A stretch of DNA of 64,000 bases from NCBI GenBank assembly GCA_045127235.1, contig JBGVPY010000062.1, forward strand, positions 992-64,991, written 5' to 3'. Numbering within the stretch: the first letter of the stretch is position 1; each line of letters begins with the position of its first letter. Position numbers and translations under genes: made by a program. This document shows, piece by piece, positions 35,637 through 45,427 of this stretch. The notes below the pieces were generated by a model. The model saw nothing but the letters and a program-made list of their open reading frames with translations. It had not been told where the DNA came from and did no database searches. This DNA comes from Eubacteriales bacterium. Its GTDB lineage: Bacteria; Bacillota; Clostridia; Oscillospirales; CAG-272.

Positions 35637-35713
35637 ATTGTCCCCCTGTTTTTTACTTGCTTACCTATTATATATAACATTTTCTCATTTGTCAAGTATT
35701 TTTTTGAAAAAAC

Positions 35714-35742
35714 TTGCATATTTGCAAAATATATGCTACAAT
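35714..35742 (+). promoter_or_regulatory. sigma-A-type promoter
   Basis: TTGCAT, 17 nt spacer, TACAAT with a TGn extension. Confidence 0.5.
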
Positions 35743-35773
35743 AGTATAAAAATTGACAGAAAGGAACATTGAA

Positions 35774-36520
35774 TTGGAAAATACTGTAAATAACGAAAAT
35801 ATAGATGACAAAAATAATAATGATGCTTTTGAAGATAAAGGAGCAAGCAAAATAGGCAGAATAATCAATATTTGCTTAACCGTTGCGCTTTTTACATTCA
35901 TTGTAGCCTTCATGTTTAGACTTTGTCAAGCAGACCACAAGGAGCTAGAGGACATTGTAATTACCGATAATTTTAAAGAAGCGTATGAAATTAGTACGGA
36001 TATTCGCACTCATGTGGCAGGAAGTGAGTTTTCAGACAACGGTGCGCTTTACGCTTATTCTCTTGTCTATATTCCCGAGGCGCAGTACATGCAAATTACT
36101 GTAAGATATAATGTAAGACATATAAACGAGGTTTTAACTGCGTTAAATGAAAATGAGAAGCTTTTAAATGGCGAAAATGCAAGGAGCTTTACACTTGATG
36201 ATATAAAAATCAGATATACTTTAACCGATTCAAAGGAATTGGAATATTCTGTAAAAATTTTAGAAACAGAGGAAAAATTCAACTATAAATACGCCAAGCT
36301 TGAGGTAACAGGCATTGCTTTTGAGAATGTATCATTATACATAAATATGATGCTTGAAAACACCGAGGAAGCTGAAATTGAAATTAACGGCGCACCAAAG
36401 AAAACCCTTATTTATAAGGAAGGCTCAAGCTATAATGCAGGCAAATTAGAATTTCATAATAAGGATAATAAATATATTCCTTACAAGCTTTCAAAGGGCG
36501 AGCTAAGCCAGATTAATTAA
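35774..36520 (+). CDS. hypothetical single-pass membrane protein
   Basis: One TM helix (IINICLTVALFTFIVAFMF). TTG 35774 lies 8 nt after AAGGA, while the track start TTG 35753 sits almost on the predicted transcription start. Confidence 0.45.
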   Translation: MENTVNNENIDDKNNNDAFEDKGASKIGRIINICLTVALFTFIVAFMFRLCQADHKELEDIVITDNFKEAYEISTDIRTHVAGSEFSDNGALYAYSLVYIPEAQYMQITVRYNVRHINEVLTALNENEKLLNGENARSFTLDDIKIRYTLTDSKELEYSVKILETEEKFNYKYAKLEVTGIAFENVSLYINMMLENTEEAEIEINGAPKKTLIYKEGSSYNAGKLEFHNKDNKYIPYKLSKGELSQIN

Positions 36521-36637
36521 GATATCTAACATCATACCCAAATTAAATATTTTGCATAAAATGTTACTACATAGGTTTAATCTTACAAATACCTGTCAAT
36601 AATACCTATGCAGATATGAAAAATGGGGAGTGATAAA

Positions 36638-37063
36638 ATGAATAGTATAAAGCGCGGCGATATTTTTTATGCAGATTTAAGTCCGGTTATCGGCTCAGAG
36701 CAAGGCGGACTTCGCCCCGTTTTAATAGTTCAAAATGATGTAGGTAATAAGTATAGCCCAACGGTAATAGCCGCAGCTATAACAAGCAGAATGACTAAAT
36801 CAAAGCTGCCTACTCATATAGATGTGCTTGGCGAGCATGTGGGACTTTCTAAGGATTCCGTAATTTTACTTGAGCAAATACGAACGCTTGATAAAAAGCG
36901 GCTTAAAGAAAAAATGGGTCATCTTGACGACAAGGTTATGAGCGAAGTGAACGAAGCAATAACAATCAGCTTCGGTCTTTCCACAAGAACATATACCGAC
37001 ACCGTGGAAAATGCAGAAATAATTCAAACCGCCACAGCAAATAATACAGCTATATTAACCTGA
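36638..37063 (+). CDS. mazF: MazF/EndoA-type endoribonuclease toxin with a C-terminal extension of about 25 aa
   Basis: [47 protein letters not shown]...LPTHIDV...[17 protein letters not shown] is very close to B. subtilis EndoA/NdoA. SD GGGGAG lies 7 nt before ATG 36638. Confidence 0.85.
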   Translation: MNSIKRGDIFYADLSPVIGSEQGGLRPVLIVQNDVGNKYSPTVIAAAITSRMTKSKLPTHIDVLGEHVGLSKDSVILLEQIRTLDKKRLKEKMGHLDDKVMSEVNEAITISFGLSTRTYTDTVENAEIIQTATANNTAILT

Positions 37064-37082
37064 CCTTGTGTCAGGTTTTTAT
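37057..37082 (+). terminator. rho-independent terminator overlapping the mazF stop
   Basis: aacctgac cttgt gtcaggtt followed by ttt. Confidence 0.7.
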
Positions 37083-37140
37083 ATTGACTAAATTTAATAT
37101 TTGTGATACAATATATTAAGAAAATTTTGAGGTACATAAT

Positions 37141-37863
37141 ATGAAATATCAAGAAAATTATAATGTAAAATTTCACGATACAGATGTTAATGAGGTAATC
37201 GGCGTATCACAGCTTTTAAAGCTTATGCAGGAAACCTCAATGCGCCATATGAGAGCAAGAAAGCCATCATATGAGGAGCTTTTTAATGATAAGAAGGCAT
37301 TTGTGCTAAGTGGCATACGACTTGAAATATATAATCAAATTTACGCCTACGATGATATCGTAGCAAAAACATGGGCATGTCCAAGCCGTGGCTTTAGCTT
37401 CCTTCGTTCATATTCTATTGAAAAAAACGGAGAGATTATGGCAGAGGCAAATACCGCCTGGGCGCTTATATCCACTGAGGCTAAAAGACTTTATAAGGTA
37501 ACTGATGTAGATTTAAGTAATTATGACACAGAGGAAGCGTTAACCCTTGAAAATCCCCTAAGAATAAGAATACCAACCGAGGCTAAGCTATCACTTGCAG
37601 GAGAATATACCGTAAGATATACGGACACCGACCTAAACGGCCATATGAATAATACAAATTACCCCGACATGCTTATAAACTGTATGGCAAACCCCGATAA
37701 AATGAGAGTGAAGTCCATAGCGATTTCATTTATAAGTGAAATTAAAAGGGGAGACAGCGTAAAAATTTATACGGTAAAAATAGACGGCAAGCATTATTTC
37801 CGCTCAGTAAAAGAGGACGGCAGCACCAATATTGAGGCTGAAATTATTACGGAAAGCCTTTAA
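37141..37863 (+). CDS. acyl-ACP thioesterase
   Basis: Double hot-dog architecture, YTVRYTDTDLNGHMNNTNY, typical length of about 240 aa. Confidence 0.75.
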   Translation: MKYQENYNVKFHDTDVNEVIGVSQLLKLMQETSMRHMRARKPSYEELFNDKKAFVLSGIRLEIYNQIYAYDDIVAKTWACPSRGFSFLRSYSIEKNGEIMAEANTAWALISTEAKRLYKVTDVDLSNYDTEEALTLENPLRIRIPTEAKLSLAGEYTVRYTDTDLNGHMNNTNYPDMLINCMANPDKMRVKSIAISFISEIKRGDSVKIYTVKIDGKHYFRSVKEDGSTNIEAEIITESL

Positions 37864-37956
37864 CCATACGCTGCAAAAAATGTCAAATTTTTAGTGTTGA
37901 CATTCATTAAAATATATGTTATCATTTTTACAAAGAATAAAAAAGGAGTATTTATT

Positions 37957-38187
37957 ATGTTAAAGATAATTTGCAAAAAATCCTACGATACCGATGCTTC
38001 AGAAATCGTTAAAAAGGCTACATACGGTAATTTTGGCGATACTGACGGCTACGAGGAAACATTATATGTTACATCAGATGGCTGCTACTTCCTTTATACA
38101 AACGGCGGTGTTGATTCTAAATATCCAAAGGAAGATATCAAAAGAATGTCAAAATCAAAGGCAGAGGAATGGCTTAAAAATAACTAA
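37957..38187 (+). CDS. small hypothetical protein
   Basis: SD AAGGAG before ATG 37957. The longer track ORF has no SD. Confidence 0.4.
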   Translation: MLKIICKKSYDTDASEIVKKATYGNFGDTDGYEETLYVTSDGCYFLYTNGGVDSKYPKEDIKRMSKSKAEEWLKNN

Positions 38188-38190
38188 ATA

Positions 38191-38228
38191 AAAAGAATGT
38201 CAAGCGCATGCTTGACATTCTTTTTATT
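38191..38228. terminator. bidirectional terminator
   Basis: aaaaagaatgtcaagc gcat gcttgacattcttttt. Confidence 0.75.
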
Positions 38229-39417
38229 TATATTCCTTAGCCAATTTTTCAAATCCGGGAAGCGCGCCTAAAACAGTTTCCTTCGCTGTGCAGTAAGCAA
38301 TTCTTACATATCCCTTTACGCCAAAATCATCACATGGAACAACTAAAATTTCATGCTTTTTAGCTCTTTCGTAAAGCTCAAACGCATCGCCGGAAGGAGA
38401 TTTTACAAATAGATAAAATGCGCCGTCAGGCTTTACACAGTCAAAGCCGTAGGATGTTAAATTATCATAAAGTAAATCGCGGTTTTCTTTATACGCCTCA
38501 ATATTTACCTTAGCGTTTATGCACTTAGCAATTACATGCTGAAATAAGCTTGGCGCGCATACATAACCAAGAGACCTTCCTGCACCGCATACAGCTAAAT
38601 AAATATCGCCACATTCTTCCATCTTAGGACATACAGCAATATATCCGATTCTCTCGCCTGGTAATGAAAGAGACTTAGAGAATGAATAACATACCAAGGT
38701 GTTATCATAGTAGTTCATTAAGTAAGGCACATTAACGCCTGAATAAACAAGCTCTCTGTATGGCTCATCGGCAATTAAATAAATAACTCTGCCGTATTCC
38801 TTGCTCTTTCTTTCTAGCACCTCACAAAGCGCTTTAATTGTATCCTCAGAATAAACAACGCCGCTTGGATTGTTAGGAGAATTTACAATAATCGCCTTTG
38901 TATTTTCATTGATTTTGCTTTCAAAATCCTTAATGTCAACCTGTAAGGTTTTTTCAGCAGGCTTGCTTATAACAAGCTTGCCGCCTGCATTTTCAACGAA
39001 TACTCTGTACTCAGTAAAAAACGGAGCAAAAACGATAACCTCATCATTTGAGTTATCCTCAATAACCGCTCTTAGACAGATTGAAAGAGAAGCCGCCGCA
39101 CCACATGTCATATAAATATGATTAGGTGTAACACCGGCATTAAATCTTTCATTTATGTTATTAGCAATAACGCTTCTTACAGTAGCATCGCCCTGAGCAG
39201 AGGAATAGCCGTGTAATAATACTGAGCTTTGTGTATCCAAAAGCTCCTTAATGGTTTCGTTTACTTCCTTTGGTGCAGGCACGCTTGGATTACCAAGGCT
39301 GAAATCAAAAACCTTGTCCTTGCCAATTTCCATAGCTCTTGACTTGCTATACTCAAAAATTTCACGGATAATTGAGCGCTTGCTGCCAAGACCGTACATT
39401 TTTTTATTAAATCCCAT
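38224..39417 (-). CDS. PLP-dependent class I/II aminotransferase
   Basis: SFSKSLSLPGERIGY PLP-lysine motif, NPSVPAP, NSPNNPSG. Confidence 0.85.
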   Translation of the reverse strand: MGFNKKMYGLGSKRSIIREIFEYSKSRAMEIGKDKVFDFSLGNPSVPAPKEVNETIKELLDTQSSVLLHGYSSAQGDATVRSVIANNINERFNAGVTPNHIYMTCGAAASLSICLRAVIEDNSNDEVIVFAPFFTEYRVFVENAGGKLVISKPAEKTLQVDIKDFESKINENTKAIIVNSPNNPSGVVYSEDTIKALCEVLERKSKEYGRVIYLIADEPYRELVYSGVNVPYLMNYYDNTLVCYSFSKSLSLPGERIGYIAVCPKMEECGDIYLAVCGAGRSLGYVCAPSLFQHVIAKCINAKVNIEAYKENRDLLYDNLTSYGFDCVKPDGAFYLFVKSPSGDAFELYERAKKHEILVVPCDDFGVKGYVRIAYCTAKETVLGALPGFEKLAKEYK

Positions 39418-39425
39418 AATATCAC

Positions 39426-40235
39426 CTATAAACCAAGTAATTTACTTGCGTTTTTATAAAAAATCTTATTTTCTATTTCTTTATCAAGACCAAAGGACTT
39501 GATTTTTTCTACATTTTCCTTAATATCGCTCCAAGGAGAATCGCTTGCGAATAAAATTCTATCTTCTCCGTGTCGCTTTATAAATTCCTTAAACATGCTT
39601 TCACTAACATAATTAAGCACATATGCAGTGTCTAAATAAACATCAAGTCCACATAGCATGTCAAGGGACTCGCCTAGCATTTCGTTACCGCCAAGATGCG
39701 CTAAAACAAGCTTATTATGCTTAACACGGTTAATAACACTTTTCGCAATAGACGGCGTGCATTTTATAGGCTCTCCCTTAAATCCGCAATCATAGCCCGC
39801 GTGAGTAACAACAATTAAATCGTATTCCTTAGCACATTCTAAAATACGAATATATTTTTCATCATCAAAAAACGTTCCTTGATAATCGGGATGTATCTTT
39901 ATTCCTAAAAAACCACATTCCTTAACAAATCGCATTTTCTTTTCGATTTCATCACAATCGGGATGAATCCCGCCAAAGGAAATAATTCTCTTTTTGCTAT
40001 TTTTATATTGCTCGTTTATTTCCATAGCATAACGGTTAATGCTATCAAACTGTGTAGGATTTGTCATAGCAGGCAATGCAACAGAAATGTCAACGCCTGC
40101 TATTTCCATCTTTTCAACTAACCCCGATGCTTTCCCATCGGAAAACGAAGGAATACCACCCTTTTCCATTAAATAGCTAATAGTTTTATTTGCAATTTTG
40201 TCAGGAAAAATATGTGTATGAAAGTCAATTATCAT
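39426..40235 (-). CDS. amidohydrolase-2 family metal-dependent hydrolase
   Basis: IIDFHTHIFPD start, TIM-barrel hydrolase pattern. Confidence 0.7.
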   Translation of the reverse strand: MIIDFHTHIFPDKIANKTISYLMEKGGIPSFSDGKASGLVEKMEIAGVDISVALPAMTNPTQFDSINRYAMEINEQYKNSKKRIISFGGIHPDCDEIEKKMRFVKECGFLGIKIHPDYQGTFFDDEKYIRILECAKEYDLIVVTHAGYDCGFKGEPIKCTPSIAKSVINRVKHNKLVLAHLGGNEMLGESLDMLCGLDVYLDTAYVLNYVSESMFKEFIKRHGEDRILFASDSPWSDIKENVEKIKSFGLDKEIENKIFYKNASKLLGL

Positions 40236-40663
40236 TGTAGTGTTGCAAGAAAAGCGCAGTCAAGTGTTTCAATATTGTTATCCGTTAGAAGATTATCTAA
40301 TTTAACAGCATCAGAAGATTTTAATACAACATACGCTTGAGCACCCTCAATAGAAAGACCGTACATATATTCAATATTTATGCCGTTACTGTCGATAACC
40401 TTTAAAAGCGCCTGAAGGCTACCGGACTTGTGGGGAATTTTAATAATTGAAACATCAGAAAGCAAGGAAGAAAAGCCGTTTTCTGAAAGCTTTTCCTTAC
40501 CTAATGGCGCATTGTCAACAATAAGTCTTAATAAGCCGTATTCAGTAGTATCGGCAAGACTAAGTGAAAGAATATTTACATTACTTTCCTTAAGTACATT
40601 TAATACCTCGGAAAGACGACCGGTTCTGTTTTCAATAAATACAGTTAATTGCTTAGCAAACAT
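40232..40663 (-). CDS. ACT-domain protein
   Basis: Two ACT-like halves. Typical partner of paaK/iorAB operons. Confidence 0.65.
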   Translation of the reverse strand: MFAKQLTVFIENRTGRLSEVLNVLKESNVNILSLSLADTTEYGLLRLIVDNAPLGKEKLSENGFSSLLSDVSIIKIPHKSGSLQALLKVIDSNGINIEYMYGLSIEGAQAYVVLKSSDAVKLDNLLTDNNIETLDCAFLATLQ

Positions 40664-40758
40664 TTTTAAGTCCTCTTAAACTAAATTTCTCTTATCAATA
40701 GCGTTAGCAGCAAACGACAAGCGTCTGTGGCTTAACAATAATGTAAGTCCGTAGGCAA

Positions 40759-41325
40759 TTATGCCTCATAGCCCTTTAAAAAGGCGATTTTGTTAATTTC
40801 TATTGTCTTTGGTGGAACAGTAGATTCAATTACCTTTAACCATTCCTCTTTATCAAAGCCGATTGATTTAGAAGCAAAGCCTAAAACAACAGAGTTAAGT
40901 ACCTTACTGTTACCAAGCTCAATGGCAATTTTTTGACCGTCAATGGAAGAAGTATTATGCTTGCTTGAAAGCATCTCAATAATATTTTCAGGATATTCCT
41001 TAGCGCCGATAACAACTGTCATAGGGTCAATTCTGCAATCGTTTATAATCAATTTTCCATCGGGCTTTAAAAAGTGTGCATATCTTAATGCCTCAAGTCT
41101 TTCAAACGCAATAATAACGTCTGTTTGACCTTCCTCGCAAACAGGCTCATAAACCTTGTCGCCATATCTTACAAAGGTAACAACGCTACCGCCTCTTTGT
41201 GCCATACCGTGTACCTCGGAAATCTTTACATCGTAGCCCGCTTCAAGTGCAACCTTACCGATAATTCTACTTGTTAAAAGAGTACCTTGACCGCCTACGC
41301 CTACAATCATTATATTTTTAGTCAT
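40759..41325 (-). CDS. iorB: indolepyruvate:ferredoxin oxidoreductase beta subunit
   Basis: IMIVGVGGQGTLLTSRIIG ... HGMAQRGGSV. Confidence 0.85.
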   Translation of the reverse strand: MTKNIMIVGVGGQGTLLTSRIIGKVALEAGYDVKISEVHGMAQRGGSVVTFVRYGDKVYEPVCEEGQTDVIIAFERLEALRYAHFLKPDGKLIINDCRIDPMTVVIGAKEYPENIIEMLSSKHNTSSIDGQKIAIELGNSKVLNSVVLGFASKSIGFDKEEWLKVIESTVPPKTIEINKIAFLKGYEA

Positions 41326-41326
41326 A

Positions 41327-43066
41327 TTATCTTTCCACCGTTTCTATTGCATTAAATTTACAGTAATTCTTGCAAAGACCGCAGCCGTTGCACATTGTAG
41401 CGTCAATCTTAATTGTGCCATCTGCATTCTTTGTAATTGCAGGACAACCAATCTTTAAGCACATACCACACTTTTTGCACTTTTCAGGCTCTGCCTTGCA
41501 GTAGTTAGGGAATTTTTGACCCTTAATAAGCACGCAAGGAGCTTTTGAAATAATTACTGTAAGAGTATCACTTGCAACGCTTTCCTTAATTGTCTTTTCA
41601 AGTAAATCAACATCAAATGCATCAACTGTAATAACAGAAGGAACACCGATAGCACGGCAAAGCTCTGCTAAATCAATAGCATAAGTTTCCTCTCCCTTTA
41701 ATGTCTTACCGGTAGCCGCATGCTCTTGATGTCCTGTCATACCTGTTGTACGGTTGTCAAGAATCATAACAGTCGCAGTTGACTTGTTATAAACCATGTT
41801 AATAAGAGAGTTAATACCTGTATGTAGGAATGTAGAGTCGCCGATTACTGCAACCCAATTCTTAATATGGTCCTTGCCCTTAGCCTTTTCCATACCGTGA
41901 AGTGCTGAAATACTTGCACCCATACAAATTGTAGTGTCAACAACTCCAAGAGGTTGAACTGCACCAAGAGTATAGCAGCCAATATCGCCACTTGCATGGA
42001 TTTTAAGCTTCTTTAAAACAGAAAATGTACTTCTGTGTGGACATCCGGGACAGAGAATAGGTGGACGGGCAGGTGTATCAGCTTTCTCACTAACACAACC
42101 ATCACAACCAAATAATACTCTTCTTAAAAGATTAGCGCTGTATTCGCCTTGGCGTGTAAATACTTCCTTGCCCTTTACGTCATATCCCCAAGCTCTTACC
42201 TGCTCCTCAATAACGGGCTCAAGCTCCTCAAAAATGTAAACTGTCTCAACCTGCTTAATAAAGCTATCAATAAGCTCCTTAGAAATTGGATTTACAAGAC
42301 CAAGCTTTAATACGCTTGCATTAGGACAAACCTCTTTTACATACTGATATGCAATACCGCATGTAATAAAGCCGATTTTTGTATCGTTAATTTCCATTTT
42401 GTTAATAGGGAATGAGGCTGCATCCTTAGCCATCTTTTCTTCTCTTGCTTCAACAACTAAATGTCTGCCAATAGCAGAAGCAGGCATCATAACATACTTA
42501 GGTACTTGTCTTTCGTATGGTTTATCCGTGGTCTCTTTTCTATCACAAAGCTCAACTGCACTTTGTGAGTGAGCTAATTTAGTTGTAGTTCTTAAAATTA
42601 CAGGAGTATCATATTTTTCGCTTAATTCATAAGCGTAAACCACAAAGTCCTTAGCCTCTTGGCTATCTGCGGGCTCTAAAACAGGCACGTGTGAGGCGCG
42701 ACCAATCATTCTTGTATCTTGCTCATTTTGTGAGCTTGCCATACCTGGGTCATCGGCAACTACAAAAACAGAGCCGCCATTTACACCTGTATATGAAAAT
42801 GTGTAAAGTGGGTCGGATGCTACATTTAAGCCAACGTGCTTCATGCAAGCAAGGCTTCTTACGCCTGAAATTGATGCACCAATAGCAACCTCAGCCGCAA
42901 CCTTTTCATTTGGCGCCCACTCAGTATAAATTTCATCATATTTAGCAAGATATTCGCTTATTTCTGTACTTGGAGTGCCTGGATATGCGCTTGAAAGCTT
43001 AACCCCTGCCTCGTATGCGCCTCTTGCAATGGCTTCATTACCTAACATTATAGTTTTCTTTGACAT
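41327..43066 (-). CDS. iorA: indolepyruvate:ferredoxin oxidoreductase alpha subunit
   Basis: TPP-binding region plus a C-terminal 2x[4Fe-4S] motif: CKKCGMCLKIGCPAI ... CNGCGLCKNYC. Confidence 0.9.
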   Translation of the reverse strand: MSKKTIMLGNEAIARGAYEAGVKLSSAYPGTPSTEISEYLAKYDEIYTEWAPNEKVAAEVAIGASISGVRSLACMKHVGLNVASDPLYTFSYTGVNGGSVFVVADDPGMASSQNEQDTRMIGRASHVPVLEPADSQEAKDFVVYAYELSEKYDTPVILRTTTKLAHSQSAVELCDRKETTDKPYERQVPKYVMMPASAIGRHLVVEAREEKMAKDAASFPINKMEINDTKIGFITCGIAYQYVKEVCPNASVLKLGLVNPISKELIDSFIKQVETVYIFEELEPVIEEQVRAWGYDVKGKEVFTRQGEYSANLLRRVLFGCDGCVSEKADTPARPPILCPGCPHRSTFSVLKKLKIHASGDIGCYTLGAVQPLGVVDTTICMGASISALHGMEKAKGKDHIKNWVAVIGDSTFLHTGINSLINMVYNKSTATVMILDNRTTGMTGHQEHAATGKTLKGEETYAIDLAELCRAIGVPSVITVDAFDVDLLEKTIKESVASDTLTVIISKAPCVLIKGQKFPNYCKAEPEKCKKCGMCLKIGCPAITKNADGTIKIDATMCNGCGLCKNYCKFNAIETVER

Positions 43067-44367
43067 TATTTAATACCTCTTAAATCCTTTACTCTTTTTG
43101 CCTTACCCTCAAATCGTTGTAATGTGTTTGGAGATTCAAGCATAATTTTTGCATCAAGACCAAGCATAGTCTTTAATTTATTCTTAACTGTTTTTGTGAT
43201 TTTTTCAAGAACAGAGAAGGAGTCTGTTTCCGTAGCTAGCTCAACCTTAACCGTAAGCTTGTCAAGATAGCCTTCTCTTTCAAGAATAATTTCGTAGTGT
43301 GGACCTAACTCCTCAACACTTAAAATTACCTCTTCAATTTGGCTTGGGAATACGTTTACGCCACGAATCTTAAGCATATCGTCGCTTCTGCCCGAAAGAT
43401 TTTCCATACGGCAGAATGTTCTACCGCATTTGCACTTTTCATAGAAAAGACGTGTAATATCCTTTGTTCTGTATCTAATAAGAGGAATACCCTCTTTTTT
43501 AATACAAGTAATAACAAGCTCGCCCTGCTCACCAATAGGAAGCACCTCACCCGTTTGTGGGTCAATAATTTCAGGAATGAAGAAGTCCTCATTTATATGC
43601 ATACCAGAGTGCTCAAGGCATTCGCCTGAAACACCGGGTCCCATAAGCTCACTCATACCGTAGTTAGATGTGATTAAAACATCCTTGCCCCAAGCCTTGT
43701 GCATTTCCTCACGCATAGCATCAGTTAAAAGTTCACTACCTACTAATGCAATCTTAACCTTTAAATCTCTTTCAGGCTCAACACCCATTTCTCTTGCAAC
43801 CTCTGCAAGTCTTAAAGCATAAGAAGGAGTTGCAACTAAAAGTGAAGTTTCAAAATCCTTCATATACATAATTTGCTTTTCACTGTTTCCTGTTGAAGAT
43901 GGAACAATAGTAGAGCCGATGTTTTCTAGACCATAGTGAAGACCAAGCGCACCTGTAAACATACCATATCCAAAGCAAATTTGTGATGTGTCCTTTGAGG
44001 TAGCACCACCCATACAAGCAATTCTTGAAACACATTCTGTCCATGTTTCAAGGTCGCCCTGAGTATATCCTACAACAGTAGGCTTACCTGTTGTACCGCT
44101 GGATGCATGTATTCTTACAAGCTCATCCTTAGGCACAGCAAATAGCCCAAAGGGATAATTATCTCTCATATCCTGCTTAGTTACAAAGGGAAGCTTAGCT
44201 AAATCCTTTAAGGACTTTATGTCCTCAGGCTTTAGACCTATGTCATCCATTTTCTTTCTGTAAGCAGGCACCTTATTATATACACGATTAACAGTTTCCT
44301 GTAACCTATCTAATTGAATTTTTTCAATCTCTTCTCTTGGAAGAGTTTCTTCCTTAGACCAAATCAT
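43066..44367 (-). CDS. paaK: phenylacetate-CoA ligase
   Basis: SSGTTGKPTV AMP-binding motif, length and C-terminal domain typical of PaaK. Confidence 0.85.
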   Translation of the reverse strand: MIWSKEETLPREEIEKIQLDRLQETVNRVYNKVPAYRKKMDDIGLKPEDIKSLKDLAKLPFVTKQDMRDNYPFGLFAVPKDELVRIHASSGTTGKPTVVGYTQGDLETWTECVSRIACMGGATSKDTSQICFGYGMFTGALGLHYGLENIGSTIVPSSTGNSEKQIMYMKDFETSLLVATPSYALRLAEVAREMGVEPERDLKVKIALVGSELLTDAMREEMHKAWGKDVLITSNYGMSELMGPGVSGECLEHSGMHINEDFFIPEIIDPQTGEVLPIGEQGELVITCIKKEGIPLIRYRTKDITRLFYEKCKCGRTFCRMENLSGRSDDMLKIRGVNVFPSQIEEVILSVEELGPHYEIILEREGYLDKLTVKVELATETDSFSVLEKITKTVKNKLKTMLGLDAKIMLESPNTLQRFEGKAKRVKDLRGIK

Positions 44368-44511
44368 AATGAACCAACCTTATTCTTTAATATTATATAA
44401 ATTTTATATAAAGATAAAAAAATTATAGCACAATCAATTTGTAATGTCAACAACTCATTTGCTATTTTTGAAAATAATATAGAAAAAATATACATATTTT
44501 ATGTATAATTA

Positions 44512-44540
44512 TTTACATTTTCTTGCAAATAATGTATAAT
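44512..44540 (+). promoter_or_regulatory. candidate promoter for bcp
   Basis: TTTACA, 17 nt spacer, TATAAT with a TG extension. Confidence 0.4.
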
Positions 44541-44571
44541 AAACACAACGAAAGAAAGAGAGGATATAAAA

Positions 44572-45024
44572 ATGTTAGAAATAGGACAAAAAGCACCGAA
44601 TTTTACTTTACCAAATAAGGACGGACAAATGGTATCACTTTCCGACTTTTTAGGAAAGAAGGTAGTTTTATACTTCTACCCCAAGGACAACACACCGGGA
44701 TGCACAAGGCAAGCCTGCGCATTTGCAAGCCTTTACGATGGCTTTAAAGCAAAAAACATTCAAGTAATAGGAGTTAGCAAGGATAGCGTAGCATCCCATG
44801 TAAAATTTGCCGAAAAATATAGCCTACCTTTTATTTTACTTTCCGATAAGGACTTAGAAGCCATCAAAGCATACGATGTATGGCAGGAAAAGAAAATGTG
44901 TGGAAAAGTAGGAATGGGCGTAGTTCGTACTACATTTATAATAGATGAAGCGGGCAATATCCAAAAAATAATGAATAAGGTAAAGCCTGACACTAACGCC
45001 CAGGAGATTTTAGCAGAATTATGA
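44572..45024 (+). CDS. bcp: thioredoxin-dependent peroxiredoxin Bcp
   Basis: FYPKDNTPGCTRQACAF active-site motif. Confidence 0.9.
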   Translation: MLEIGQKAPNFTLPNKDGQMVSLSDFLGKKVVLYFYPKDNTPGCTRQACAFASLYDGFKAKNIQVIGVSKDSVASHVKFAEKYSLPFILLSDKDLEAIKAYDVWQEKKMCGKVGMGVVRTTFIIDEAGNIQKIMNKVKPDTNAQEILAEL

Positions 45025-45386
45025 TAAAAAAAGAAAATAGCTACTTAGACCAAGCGCTATCATATTTGGGCAAAGAGGTCGAAATTAAAATTGACCGACC
45101 AAAAGATAGCACCCACCCCAAACATAAAAATATCGTATATCCTGTAAACTACGGATATATTGATGGCGTTATGGGTGGCGACGGCGAGGAAATAGATGTC
45201 TATCTTTTAGGAGTAGATATCCCCGTTACCGAATATAAAGCCACAGTAATTGCCGTTATCCACCGCCTTAATGATAACGAGGATAAATTAGTTGCCGCCC
45301 CTAAAGGAATGAGCTTTACTAAGGAGCAAATTTTAGCAAAGGTACATTTCCAAGAACAGTATTTTCAAAGTGAAATATTTATGTAA
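45021..45386 (+). CDS. small inorganic pyrophosphatase-family protein
   Basis: IDRPKDSTHP...YPVNYGYIDGVMGGDGEEIDVYLLG. Confidence 0.6.
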   Translation: MIKKENSYLDQALSYLGKEVEIKIDRPKDSTHPKHKNIVYPVNYGYIDGVMGGDGEEIDVYLLGVDIPVTEYKATVIAVIHRLNDNEDKLVAAPKGMSFTKEQILAKVHFQEQYFQSEIFM

Positions 45387-45390
45387 AACA

Positions 45391-45427
45391 AAATCAGCAG
45401 ACACTCAAATCTGCTGATTTATTTTTA
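45391..45427. terminator. bidirectional terminator
   Basis: aaatcagcag ... ctgctgattt followed by attttt. Confidence 0.7.

Noticed and set aside
34904-45386. Housekeeping block (rpmF-yceD, thioesterase, aminotransferase, iorAB-paaK-ACT, bcp, pyrophosphatase) examined for anomalies.
   Set aside because: Gene order, overlaps and motifs look ordinary for Clostridia. Nothing is worth flagging beyond the orphan mazF, which is reported separately.
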